Of a DNA stretch of 29,241 nt, positions 19,125 to 28,700 are shown in pieces. The stretch's first letter is position 1, and each line of letters opens with the position of its first letter. Position numbers and translations under genes: made by a program. The notes under the pieces were generated by a model. The model saw nothing but the letters and a program-made list of their open reading frames with translations. It had not been told where the DNA came from and made no database searches. This DNA comes from Candidatus Fermentibacterota bacterium. GTDB lineage: Bacteria; JAFGKV01. The DNA is taken from NCBI GenBank assembly GCA_016928395.1, contig JAFGKV010000078.1:1-29241 (forward strand). The letters are read 5' to 3'.

Positions 19125-20081
19125 TCACCCTCGAAGGTGCAGATTGATCAGCGGGAGAACCCGCAAGGCCTTCGGATTGTTGCCCGCATGGTTGAAGAGG
19201 CCGATTTGAATCCCCTGGAGCCGCTCCGTGGAGTTCACCAGCCCGATGCTGAGACCCTTGGCCTTCACCGACGCTCTACAGTAGGCGGCAACCGAGACCC
19301 CTGTAATCTCTTCGGCCTGAACGGTGAGAGCTGCCATGCCCACACCGGAGATCTTTCTGCCGCCGGCGCCGAGACCCCCAATGCAGATACCCCGGGTATC
19401 GCCTCCGCCTGCGCCAAGCCCGCCGATGGCGATGCCAGTGATGGAGCTTCCGCCAACCCCGAGCCCTCCGACCAGGAGGCCTGCCATTTCCTGCCCTCCG
19501 ATGCCCGCGCCCCCGACCGCAATGCCCCGGATGACCGAGGCGCCTACGCCCAGTCCGGCTACGAACACACCTCGCAGCTCGGTGCCCCCGACTCCAAGCC
19601 CGCCGATGGCAATGCCCCGAATTTGGTCGGAACCGATACCGACGCCCCCGACCGTAATGCCGGCGAGATCGCGGCCCGCGACGCCAAACGGAGCCGCTAC
19701 CAACCCGGTCATAGACGAACCCGTGATGCCAGCTCCGGCCACAGCAATGCCCGTGAGGTTCTCCGCCGTCATAAGCAGACCTCCAACACCCATGCCTCTC
19801 AGAGTCTGGACACTAGGACCGAACACCCCGAGGGCTATTCCATGGATGCGAGCCCGATGATTGTCTCCGGGCACCCAGACCGTGAGATTAAGACCGTTCA
19901 CCCAGAGAAGGTCCTGATCCCGGGTGTTTATCCGCACGCCGTTGACGCCCGGTGAGTTGCCCAGACTCAGGCCCCACCCTGCGGCGGGAATGGTCACGGC
20001 CCACCCTGGAGAGACCGCGAGGAAGATCATGGCACCAATCAGGAAATTCATGGAACGCAGGGTCGCAAAACTCGGCCTCAT
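19125..20081 (-). CDS. Secreted glycine-rich tandem-repeat protein: about 15 consecutive 15-residue repeats of consensus x-G-h-x-h-G-G-h-G-h-G-G-x-x-h. Function unknown.
   Basis: Signal peptide MRPSFATLRSMNFLIGAMIFLAVSPGWA. GGGAGG RBS upstream of ATG 20081. Example repeats: RGIAIGGLGVGGTEL, RGVFVAGLGVGASVI, RGIAVGGAGIGGQEM, AGLLVGGLGVGGSSI, TGIAIGGLGAGGGDT, RGICIGGLGAGGRKI. Confidence 0.6.
   Translation of the reverse strand: MRPSFATLRSMNFLIGAMIFLAVSPGWAVTIPAAGWGLSLGNSPGVNGVRINTRDQDLLWVNGLNLTVWVPGDNHRARIHGIALGVFGPSVQTLRGMGVGGLLMTAENLTGIAVAGAGITGSSMTGLVAAPFGVAGRDLAGITVGGVGIGSDQIRGIAIGGLGVGGTELRGVFVAGLGVGASVIRGIAVGGAGIGGQEMAGLLVGGLGVGGSSITGIAIGGLGAGGGDTRGICIGGLGAGGRKISGVGMAALTVQAEEITGVSVAAYCRASVKAKGLSIGLVNSTERLQGIQIGLFNHAGNNPKALRVLPLINLHLRG
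19182..19850. repeat. Intragenic 45-bp periodic tandem repeat, about 15 units, encoding the Gly-rich pentadecapeptide repeats.
   Basis: Recurring units on the plus strand such as gcccccgaccgcaatgccccggat / gcccgccgatggcaatgccccgaat / gcccccgaccgtaatgccggcgag, spaced 45 nt apart. Confidence 0.6.
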
Positions 20082-20320
20082 TGCAGTGATCCTCCCACAC
20101 TTCTCACACACCGGTCCCGCTTCTGATACACTGGACACAAGGGACCATTCTACGTCAATTGACCTGGTTCGCCAAGTACTGGCCTAACTGCGACTCTCGA
20201 TCCGCGGCTCAGCTCGGAGGGAGACGGCCGCACGGGCAGTGACTGACCCTTGGGCAACGCCCCTCCCAGGTGCCTGGGATGACGACCTGCGGTGCTGCGA
20301 CACGGCCTGAGAGGTGCGGT

Positions 20321-21244
20321 GTGGGAAAAGCATTCGATTACTCGCCCGCCTCCCGACGTAGCTTTCGTTCCCATGCCCTGCTCATGCTCACCGCCATGAT
20401 CTGGGGCTTTGCGTTCGTCGCGCAGCGCGCCGGGATGACTCACATCGGCCCTTTCACCTTCAATGCTATTCGCTTTGCCCTGGGTGCGGCAGTCCTCTCT
20501 CCGTTCGTTCGGCGGGAGGTTCCCCGGGGTCGGTCCTCTATGGCCGATGCACGGGGCATCTTGATCACAGGTGCATTGCTCTTCCTGGGCGCGTCATCGC
20601 AGCAGGCAGGCCTCGTGTTCACCACTGCAGGCAAGGCCGGTTTCATCACCGGATTGTACGTAGTGCTGGTGCCGCTGATGGCTCTGCCCCTGGGCTACCG
20701 CCCCGGGGTCGCGGCCTGGTGCGGCAGCATACTGGCGACCCTCGGGCTCTACCTTCTCTCCGCGCAACGGGGCCTTTCCTTGGCCCCGGGCGACGGACTC
20801 GTGCTCTTGGGAGCTTTCTGGTGGGCGGCCCATGTACTGGCCATAGGGCATTTTTCTCCACGGATCGGCCCTCTGCGTCTTGCTCGCGCCCAGTTCGCGG
20901 TATGCGCAGCCCTGAGTGCGGCCATCGCCATGGCCGCAGAGAGCCATGGTTTCGGCGGCATCCGGGCCGCCATTCTCCCTCTTCTCTACAGCGGCATCTT
21001 GTCAGTCGGCCTTGGCTACACTCTGCAGGTCGTTGCCCAGGAGCACACTTCCCCATCCCATGCCGCCATCATTCTCAGCCTGGAGTCGGTATTCGCGGCC
21101 GTAGGAGGCTGGGCCGTTCTTGGCGAACGGGCATCGTCACGGCAGGCCGTGGGGTGTGCGGTGATGCTGGCGGGTATGATCTGCTCCCAGATCAGCGTGC
21201 CGAGCACCAGGCACACGCGTGACGGGCCTACTGCCCGAGAATGA
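20321..21244 (+). CDS. EamA/DMT-superfamily transporter (10-TM drug/metabolite exporter family).
   Basis: Two EamA-like halves (…LMLTAMIWGFAFVAQRAG…; …ILSLESVFAAVGGWAVLGE…). The start is uncertain: the ORF track begins at 20270, and GTG 20321 has a GAGAGG RBS. The 3' end overlaps the convergent SPFH gene by 17 nt. Confidence 0.7.
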   Translation: MGKAFDYSPASRRSFRSHALLMLTAMIWGFAFVAQRAGMTHIGPFTFNAIRFALGAAVLSPFVRREVPRGRSSMADARGILITGALLFLGASSQQAGLVFTTAGKAGFITGLYVVLVPLMALPLGYRPGVAAWCGSILATLGLYLLSAQRGLSLAPGDGLVLLGAFWWAAHVLAIGHFSPRIGPLRLARAQFAVCAALSAAIAMAAESHGFGGIRAAILPLLYSGILSVGLGYTLQVVAQEHTSPSHAAIILSLESVFAAVGGWAVLGERASSRQAVGCAVMLAGMICSQISVPSTRHTRDGPTARE

Positions 21245-22034
21245 GCGGCAACCCATCCTTGCCTGCGCCGACCACGACGATCTTCGCATTGGGGCTGGAA
21301 GCCAACTCCTTGGTGGCCTCGATGCCCTTCCATCGTAGAATGAGATCGTTCAGCCCTTTGTTCACGATGGTCTGGTAGTCTGCGATACCCTGGGCTTCAA
21401 TCCGCTTGCGGTCGGCTTCCTGCCGCTCTTTCTCCAAAACGAACTTCATTTGCTCCGCGTGTTGCTCGGCTTCTAGTTTCCGCTCGATGGCGGCCGCCAG
21501 GACGGAGGGAAGCGTGATGCTGCGCAGCAGCAGATTCTCGGACCGTATCCCCCGCTCCAGAAGCCTGGGGGTGAGTATGGTCTTGATCTGGGTGGCGATG
21601 GAGTCGCGAGCCGAGGTGTACAGCGCCTTGGCTTCGTATCCTGAGGTTGTGCCCCGAACCGTAGATCGCAAAAGCGGCGTCACCACAATATCCACATACC
21701 TGGGCCCGATGGTCTTGTACACCGCCGGCGCCTGCGAAGCGTCGAGGCTGAACAGCAGCGAGACATCGATCTTGACCACCAGCCCCTCTTGGGAAGGAAC
21801 ATCCAGGACTTCCTTTGCCTCCTGAGTTCGCACCGAAAGCTTGTGGACCGTGGCCAGTGGGTTCACCATGTGCAGCCCCGCCGGCATGGGTTTCTCCGAG
21901 ACGGTGCCGAACAAGTCCCTGAGGCCGACATGCCCCGCGGGCACGACCACCAGACTTCGGACAAGAACGATCACGGAGACAATCACCACGATTCCCAGGG
22001 GCGCCCCCCTCATCGATCGCGGAATGTAGGCCAT
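21228..22034 (-). CDS. SPFH/band-7 (prohibitin/HflC-like) membrane protein.
   Basis: N-terminal TM IVVIVSVIVLV, then an SPFH core (VVPAGHVGLRDLFG…) and a coiled-coil tail AIERKLEAEQHAEQMKFVLEKERQEADRKRIEAQGIADYQ. GGAGAGGG RBS. Confidence 0.85.
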   Translation of the reverse strand: MAYIPRSMRGAPLGIVVIVSVIVLVRSLVVVPAGHVGLRDLFGTVSEKPMPAGLHMVNPLATVHKLSVRTQEAKEVLDVPSQEGLVVKIDVSLLFSLDASQAPAVYKTIGPRYVDIVVTPLLRSTVRGTTSGYEAKALYTSARDSIATQIKTILTPRLLERGIRSENLLLRSITLPSVLAAAIERKLEAEQHAEQMKFVLEKERQEADRKRIEAQGIADYQTIVNKGLNDLILRWKGIEATKELASSPNAKIVVVGAGKDGLPLILGQ

Positions 22035-22470
22035 TTCTTCCCTCTCCTCTCAGCGGTGAACACACTTTCGCGCGAAACGAATAGTCCGCGTGGGGAACAG
22101 TACCTCACGATTGTGAAGAGCATATGAACCCGAAAGCCTCGGAGGCGGCGGCCCGGGCTCGGCTGCCCGTACGATCGGCGCAGGGTTGACGGTTCAATGC
22201 TCTTTTCTTCCGCTCCGGATCATCCGTCCCCGGACGTCCGCGTCTCACGCTGACTATTGCGCGGACAGGTGCAGGGTGTGCGTGAGACTGTGTGGTTCGG
22301 CCATCCATCGCAACGGTATCATAGCTGAAGCCCCAGCTTACGTATCGAGATCGGGGTCGGCAGCGATACCCCCCCGCCGGCGGGCAAAGTCAGAGCTTTG
22401 CCCCTCCAGGGCAACGGGGCGGTGCAGATCTCCTTTGGAGCACGACTCCGCGCCCGAACCGTGCTCTCCC

Positions 22471-23844
22471 TCACATCCCCGAGATCGACATCTCCGCGAT
22501 TCTGAAGGTCGGCGTGGCGATGGTGCCTGTAATGCGCAGGTCATTTCCCACCATGTCAATCGCCTGGATCATCTCGCGGATGGTCCCTGCGATGCTGATC
22601 CCGCGCACGGGGTAGGCCCGCTCACCATCCTCTATCCAGATACCCATGGCCGCCGAGGAGAATGCGTCGGTGGCCGGGGAGAGGTTGAGCCACCAGCCCG
22701 AAAGGCTGGTCACCAGAAGCCCGCGACCGGTAGCCGCGATGATTGCCTCCGGATCATGCGTTCCTGGCTGCAGTTGAAGATTCGAGAACCCGACATTGGG
22801 AGCCTCGCGGTACGAATCGCGGACCGCATGGCCACCCGGTTCAACCCGTAGTTTCGCCGCACTGTCCCGGTCGGTCAGGTATGCCTCTAACCTTCCTCGG
22901 TCGATCAAGGCCCGGTCTTTGGTGGGCGTCCCTTCCCCGTCGAATGATCGGTGACCGGGGCCCGCCAGGTTGTGGGGCGTGTCGCGGATCGTCACCAGAG
23001 ACGAGGCAACCGCATCTCCCAGGCGATCGGCGAAGTAGGATCGTCCCTGGACCACATGGTCACCCCGCAACGCCGCAGAAAGCCAGACCAAGAGTGGCCA
23101 CCCGATCCAGGGAGGGAAGATCACGGGGACGCGAGCGGAGACGACCGGCCTGGCTCCCAAGAGCATGGCTGCCCGCTCCCCCGCCGCAGCGCCGACCCAT
23201 TCCGCTTCGGGAAGGCTGCCCCGGCTTGGCGCGCTTACGTAGCAGGCGCCTGTGGCGCTCTGCCCATCACGCTCCGCAATGGCCTCCGCTTCGATGGTGA
23301 TCGAGCATGACGGCTCTTTCAGCGCCAGGCCCAGGGAGTTGGCCAGCGCGACAAGTCCGTTTGTCTGGGTCCACTTCACGGAAACCGTCTCGCTCACCCC
23401 CTTCACCGCCGCCATGGCCCGCTCGGCAGCCACAAGCCACGACGTGGGTTCCGTCAGCGACTGTTCCGCCAGGCCGGGATCCTGGTGGGCATGAGGGGCC
23501 ACGGCCACTGCGGCCGCCAGAGCGAATGGTTCCTCGACGGGCGGCAGAGCGCGGGCGATCTCCACCGCCTTGGCCGCCAGTGCTGCCAGGGCCGAATCCG
23601 AGAGGTCGGTGGTGTGCACGAGCGCGCGCCGGTTGCCGCTTTGCACCCGAAGTCCCAGGCCGCGGGTCAGGGCCTGCTGAAGATGCTCGACGTCGCCATG
23701 ACGAACTTCGATCTGAAGTTCTGATGCGGTCTGCGCATACGCATCGGCGGCATCCGCGCCGGAGTCGATGGCGGCACGAACGGCCCGGATGGCCGCAGCG
23801 AGGGGGTCCGTGTTCACTGCTGCTCGATGCGGTGGTGTCGTCAT
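22471..23844 (-). CDS. pmbA: PmbA/TldE-family protein, the non-catalytic partner of the TldD metalloprotease. It has no signal peptide.
   Basis: TldD/PmbA fold without an HExxxH motif. The ATG overlaps the tldD stop in a tcat arrangement at 23841-23844. The ORF-track start at 23940 would overlap tldD by 100 nt. Confidence 0.8.
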   Translation of the reverse strand: MTTPPHRAAVNTDPLAAAIRAVRAAIDSGADAADAYAQTASELQIEVRHGDVEHLQQALTRGLGLRVQSGNRRALVHTTDLSDSALAALAAKAVEIARALPPVEEPFALAAAVAVAPHAHQDPGLAEQSLTEPTSWLVAAERAMAAVKGVSETVSVKWTQTNGLVALANSLGLALKEPSCSITIEAEAIAERDGQSATGACYVSAPSRGSLPEAEWVGAAAGERAAMLLGARPVVSARVPVIFPPWIGWPLLVWLSAALRGDHVVQGRSYFADRLGDAVASSLVTIRDTPHNLAGPGHRSFDGEGTPTKDRALIDRGRLEAYLTDRDSAAKLRVEPGGHAVRDSYREAPNVGFSNLQLQPGTHDPEAIIAATGRGLLVTSLSGWWLNLSPATDAFSSAAMGIWIEDGERAYPVRGISIAGTIREMIQAIDMVGNDLRITGTIATPTFRIAEMSISGM

Positions 23845-25334
23845 GCCGTGCCTCCCACGGTGATACGGGAAATCCGAAGTGTCGGGCATGCACTGGTAAC
23901 CGGTGCCGATTGGTTTCCCTTGCCGCAGGTCCCCGGCCATGACCCGAAGTCCGCGCCGACTCGATCGATCCGCTCCAAGACTTCGATCCCGGAGCCCACC
24001 AGAGTGGCGCCCCGAATTGGCGCCGTGACCACGCCATTCTCGATGAGGTAGGCTTCAATCAACCCGAAGGTGAACTGGCCACTGGCGGTGTCCACCTCGC
24101 CTCCGCCAAAGGCTGCGGCATACACCCCTCGATCCGTGCGCTTCACGATGTCTGCCGGATCCTCATCGCCCGAGGCCAGAAAGGTATTGCTCATGCGGAC
24201 CAGCGGCGGGAATCTGAACGACTCTCGGCGACCATTGCCCGTGGAGCGGCTTCCCATGGCATGCGCAGACCTGCGATCATGGAGATACCCGGTCAGAATC
24301 CCCCGATCCACCAGGAGTGTGCGAGCAGCCGGGGTGCCTTCATCGTCGACATTGTAGCTTCCCCTCTCCCCTTCCAGGGTAGCGTCGTCGTAGATGGTCA
24401 CCAGCTTCGACGCCACCGTCTGGCCCATGCGGCCCGCGAAGATGGAGGCATTCCGCATGACCGCGTCGGCTTCGAGCCCATGACCAATGGCTTCGTGGAA
24501 CATGACACCTCCCCCCGCGGCCACTACGACGGACATCTCACCGGTGGGCGCGGGCACGGCATCCAGCATACGCATCGCCTGAAGTGCCGCCTCCCGCCCG
24601 ATCTGCTCGGGCGTCTCCCTGTCGAATAGCTCCATGCCTGCTCGACGTGACGCCCGCTGAAGGCCCTCGGCGCTTCGACCGCTTCGAGAGGCCGTGGCGG
24701 TAGCGCGGATGGAGATCATGGGGAGCATGTCCTGCAGCACCTGGCCCGTGGACGTGGCGATGAGCATGTGCTGCACCTCATCGTGGTAGCTGACGACCAC
24801 TTGCTGCACGGCCGGGTCCACCGCCCGGGCGGCGCGGTCAACCCGTTCCATGAGCGATACCTTGTCGCGTATGGGGGCACGCTCCAGGTGGTCGCGCATG
24901 GGCACCCGCGAGAAAACAGCCACGCGGCCCAGCCCCCGGGGTAGACCCGCAGGCCCCGCAGCGATGGATGCCGCGACCTCGGCGATGGGTATCAGGGCCT
25001 CCTGATCGAGGGTTTCCGCAAAACCGTAGCCGGTCTTCTCGCCATGCAGAGTCCGCACTCCCCCACCCTGCTCGACTCCATATTCCAGTGAGCGGATCTC
25101 ACTGCTGCTCATGGTGATGCGGGTGACCGCCCGAGACTCGATGTAGACATCGGCATACCAGCCGCCCCGCGCGAGCGCTCGGATCAACACCGGGGCCAAC
25201 TCCTCGTCATCGGGAAACGCCACACTGCCCGGTATGGGCTCCTCTTCCCGCCCCCACGCTCCCATGGGCGCGGCGATGAGGACTGCGGATGTCCCCTTCA
25301 GGAACGTACGCCGCGACATTCTCCATGGAACCAT
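23841..25334 (-). CDS. tldD: TldD-family zinc metalloprotease with a twin-arginine (Tat) signal peptide.
   Basis: MVPWRMSRRTFLKGTSAVLIAAPMGAWG carries an S-R-R-x-F-L-K Tat motif. Catalytic HEAIGHGLEAD (HExxxH). GAGGAG RBS 6 nt upstream of ATG 25334. Confidence 0.85.
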   Translation of the reverse strand: MVPWRMSRRTFLKGTSAVLIAAPMGAWGREEEPIPGSVAFPDDEELAPVLIRALARGGWYADVYIESRAVTRITMSSSEIRSLEYGVEQGGGVRTLHGEKTGYGFAETLDQEALIPIAEVAASIAAGPAGLPRGLGRVAVFSRVPMRDHLERAPIRDKVSLMERVDRAARAVDPAVQQVVVSYHDEVQHMLIATSTGQVLQDMLPMISIRATATASRSGRSAEGLQRASRRAGMELFDRETPEQIGREAALQAMRMLDAVPAPTGEMSVVVAAGGGVMFHEAIGHGLEADAVMRNASIFAGRMGQTVASKLVTIYDDATLEGERGSYNVDDEGTPAARTLLVDRGILTGYLHDRRSAHAMGSRSTGNGRRESFRFPPLVRMSNTFLASGDEDPADIVKRTDRGVYAAAFGGGEVDTASGQFTFGLIEAYLIENGVVTAPIRGATLVGSGIEVLERIDRVGADFGSWPGTCGKGNQSAPVTSACPTLRISRITVGGTA

Positions 25335-25730
25335 CACAGACTCCTCTCGCTCTGCAACGGCGCATTGCCCGCGCCACCGCCGAACACACCGATGTAACGA
25401 CAACGTGCCAAGATGTGATCGCGCTTCACCGCCGGCAAGACGCGGCTGGCCCCCTGAACACCTTCCAGTCGACGGTTCACGGTTGGCAGCACGGCTTCCG
25501 CTGGAAGCTTTCAACGATCGGCTCGCGGCCTTGGGCATCTCTCCCCAGGCCTATGGGCACAGGGAAGTCAGACTACGTGAACAGTCGCCACAACGCATTC
25601 CGCACTCGCAAGGTTGTATGAAGGCTGCCCCACACTGCACGCCTGACTTGATCTTCTGCCGCGGGGCGCCATGTTACGGCGTCGTGGAAGAGCTGCCCAG
25701 TGCGAAAACCCTGTCCATGGGAGGTTCCTG

Positions 25731-28700
25731 ATGCGCCGCTGCCTGATGATCGCATTGCTCCTGGTACCCGTGGTGGCCAATGCCAACGCCTACCACACTA
25801 TCACCGTTGACGGGAATCTTTCCGAGTGGGATACCGCTGGCGAGAAGTGGACAACCTCCACCCTCGGCAAGTACGGCTACATCACCTGGGACGCCGACTC
25901 CCTCTACATCGGTTTCGAAGGCATCAACATAGGCGACCACGGAGGCTACAACCAGGCCCTCTTCGCTGCCATCGACATCGATCCCATGCCCGGGCTTTCC
26001 GAGGGCGCCGGAGACTCCACCCTCCCGTATGAGCAGTACTATGCAGGGTCGACAGTCAATCTGCCGTTCAATGCCGACTTCCTATACTCCGCCAAGGCCT
26101 CGGCCGGCGCGCCTGAGAAGCATGTCTGGCAGCACGATGGCTCTTCCTGGTTTCGCGACGGCGCGGGCGGCACTTCCGACCTCCGAAGCGAGATTCACGT
26201 CGCGTGGTCAACGTCATACTTCGAGATGGCCATACCCCGCTCTCATTTCGCCTACGGCTCCCACATCCACATGGTCATGTACGCCAAGGACCTGAGTTCG
26301 AATTCAGGGTGGGGGTGGCTCTATGCGGGAGTGCCGGACAACGGCACCAGCGACGGCAACAATGACAAAACCTTCAGTCACTTCTACGGCTTCCGCCTGG
26401 GTCCCGATATCCGCCCCAACGACGGCATCTTCTACGACGCGGCTCAGGGCAGCGTGTTCTGGACCGGCGATCCCCCAGGACCCAACGACACGGTTGAGAT
26501 TCTCATCCGTGACTGCACCCAGGGCGGCAATCTCCATTGGGGTGTGAACAACGATGATGGCACCTGGACGCAGCCCATCGCCGCCTACTGGCCGGCGGGC
26601 AGTTCGGCGTCAGGCACGGGGGCCGTCGAAAGCCCGCTGACCGGCCCCGATGGGAGTGGTGAGTGTACCATCAGTGTGGGTCCTTTCAACACCGGAGAGC
26701 AGTTGGTGCTGACCGTTGATTTCGTCATTCACTGGGATGATGACACGTGGGACAACAACGGCGGCCTCGACTACCAGATCGCCCTCTGGCTGGTGCCGAG
26801 GGCCGGCGAGCCAACCGCCACGCTCTCCTATCCGCCGTCTGATACCTCGTTCGTGCAGGGCGACACGGTGAGCGTTGCCTGGTCCAGCACCGGCGCGACG
26901 CAGACCACCCTGTGGCTCGACGGCGTCGACGTAGCCACCTCATCACCCTATGAATGGTATACGGAGACCGACTCTCTGGGGCGGCATCTGCTGGTAGTGG
27001 AAGCGCAGAACGCCGGTGGCGCGGTGGCCTTTGACTACGGCTACGCCTGGGTCACGCCCACGGTTGAGGAAGAGGAGCCGCCCGCAGGTGCCTCACCGGG
27101 TGCGTATGACAACGGTGACGGCACGGTCACCTTCATGCTCTGGGCGCCCGGCAAGCACTTCGTGACCCTACCCGGCGACTTCAATTCGTGGGACAGCGAT
27201 GCCACCTTGCTCAAGGTCTACGCTGATAGCGTGTGGTGGACGACCCTCTCGTTGTCCAATGGCACCTACGAATACCGTTTCCTGGTGGACGGAATTCTCC
27301 CCATCGCCGACCCGTATTCCCGTCAGCTCAACTGGACCAGCGGTGGTTCCCAGTCAGGTGATTGGCGCATCGCCAAGTCGGTGATCGAAGTGGGCGCTGC
27401 GCAGTTCGCGTGGACCGACGGGTCGTGGACAGCGCCTGCGCCTGAAGACATGATCATCTACGAGACCCACCTGGGCGACTTTTCCGAGAGCGGCGACTTC
27501 GCGGGTCTGGAGGCCCGTCTCCCCTACCTTGCCTCTCTGGGCATCAATGCCGTGGAGATCATGCCCTGCTACGAATTCCCCGGCGGCATCAGTTGGGGCT
27601 ACAATCCCGCCTACTTTATGGCGCCCGAGGCGGTGTACGGTACGCCCGAAGACCTGAAGAGCCTGGTGGATACGGCGCACTCCTACGGTATCGCCATCCT
27701 CATCGACATGGTATTCAACCATCTCGACGCCTCTGCATCGCTCTATCGCCTCTACGGCACCGACTGGGATGCCAGCCCCTGGTTCCACGCCATGACAAAC
27801 CCGTGGGGCTTCCCGGATCTAAATCACTGGAGCGACGGGACCAAGCAGCTCACCAAGGATGTGCTGGAAATCTGGATGGATGAGTATCACGTAGACGGGT
27901 TCCGCTACGACGCCACCACGTTCATCGGATGGGATGGCGTGGGTGACGATACGGGCAACGGTATCGGCTACTTCACCTACGTGGCGTGGGATCACAACAA
28001 CGATGTCTACCAGGTGCTGGAGCACCTCCCCCAGGATCCTGCGGTTGTGGCGGGCACCAAGGCGACCTCGGGCTGGCATGATACCTTCCATGATCAGATG
28101 AAGGCCAATCTGCGGGAAGGCCAGTTCGAGGGGTCGTCCTATGGCAACATGACGGTCACGGGCCAGGCTATTCACTATGCCGGCGATGGGTTCGCCGATG
28201 AGTCGGAGGTGGTGAACTACACCGAGAGCCACGACGAGCAGCGCATCATCTGGGAGGCCCAGACCAATCCGACCATCGACTATGCGCTGGCGGTGAAGAA
28301 ATCGAGGTTGGGAGCCGCCATCCTGTTTGCCTCGACGGGCACACCCATGATGTACCACGGCCAGGAGTTCGGTGAAGACACGGAACGTACCATCGACCCC
28401 AATCCCCTGCACTGGGAGTATCTCGAACAGCCAGTGGGCGCCTCGCTCTTCCAGCTCTACTCACGCCTGATCTGGCTCAGGAAGAACTACCCGTCGCTCA
28501 CCAGCGGGAACCTGTTCACGACTTTGCAGGACGACGCCAACCACACCATCTCATTCTGGCGGTGGACCGATGCGGGAACCGACTCGGTGGTGGTAGTCGC
28601 CAACTTCGATCGCAGCGCCAAGGCTGTCAGCGTCGCCTTCCCGGTCACGGGCACCTGGTACGAGTTCCTGGGAGATTCGACCGTATCGGTGGGGTCATCA

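Noticed and set aside
19137-19955. 272-aa plus-strand ORF antisense to the Gly-rich repeat gene (Pro/Ala/Ser-rich).
   Set aside because: It is the mirror image of GGN-rich codons (NCC = Pro/Ala/Ser). It has no start context. The minus-strand frame has a signal peptide and RBS.
22105-22308. 67-aa Arg-rich minus-strand ORF in the 436-bp pmbA-SPFH intergenic region. A nearby 8-bp palindrome gggcaaag/ctttgccc lies at about 22385-22410.
   Set aside because: No RBS and non-protein-like composition. The palindrome is probably the pmbA terminator. Nothing further could be supported.
26285-26320. tRNA T-arm-like motif cctga-gttcgaat-tcagg.
   Set aside because: It lies inside the GH13 coding frame (…KDLSSNSGWGW…). 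No acceptor or anticodon arms can be built, and the loop is 8 nt.
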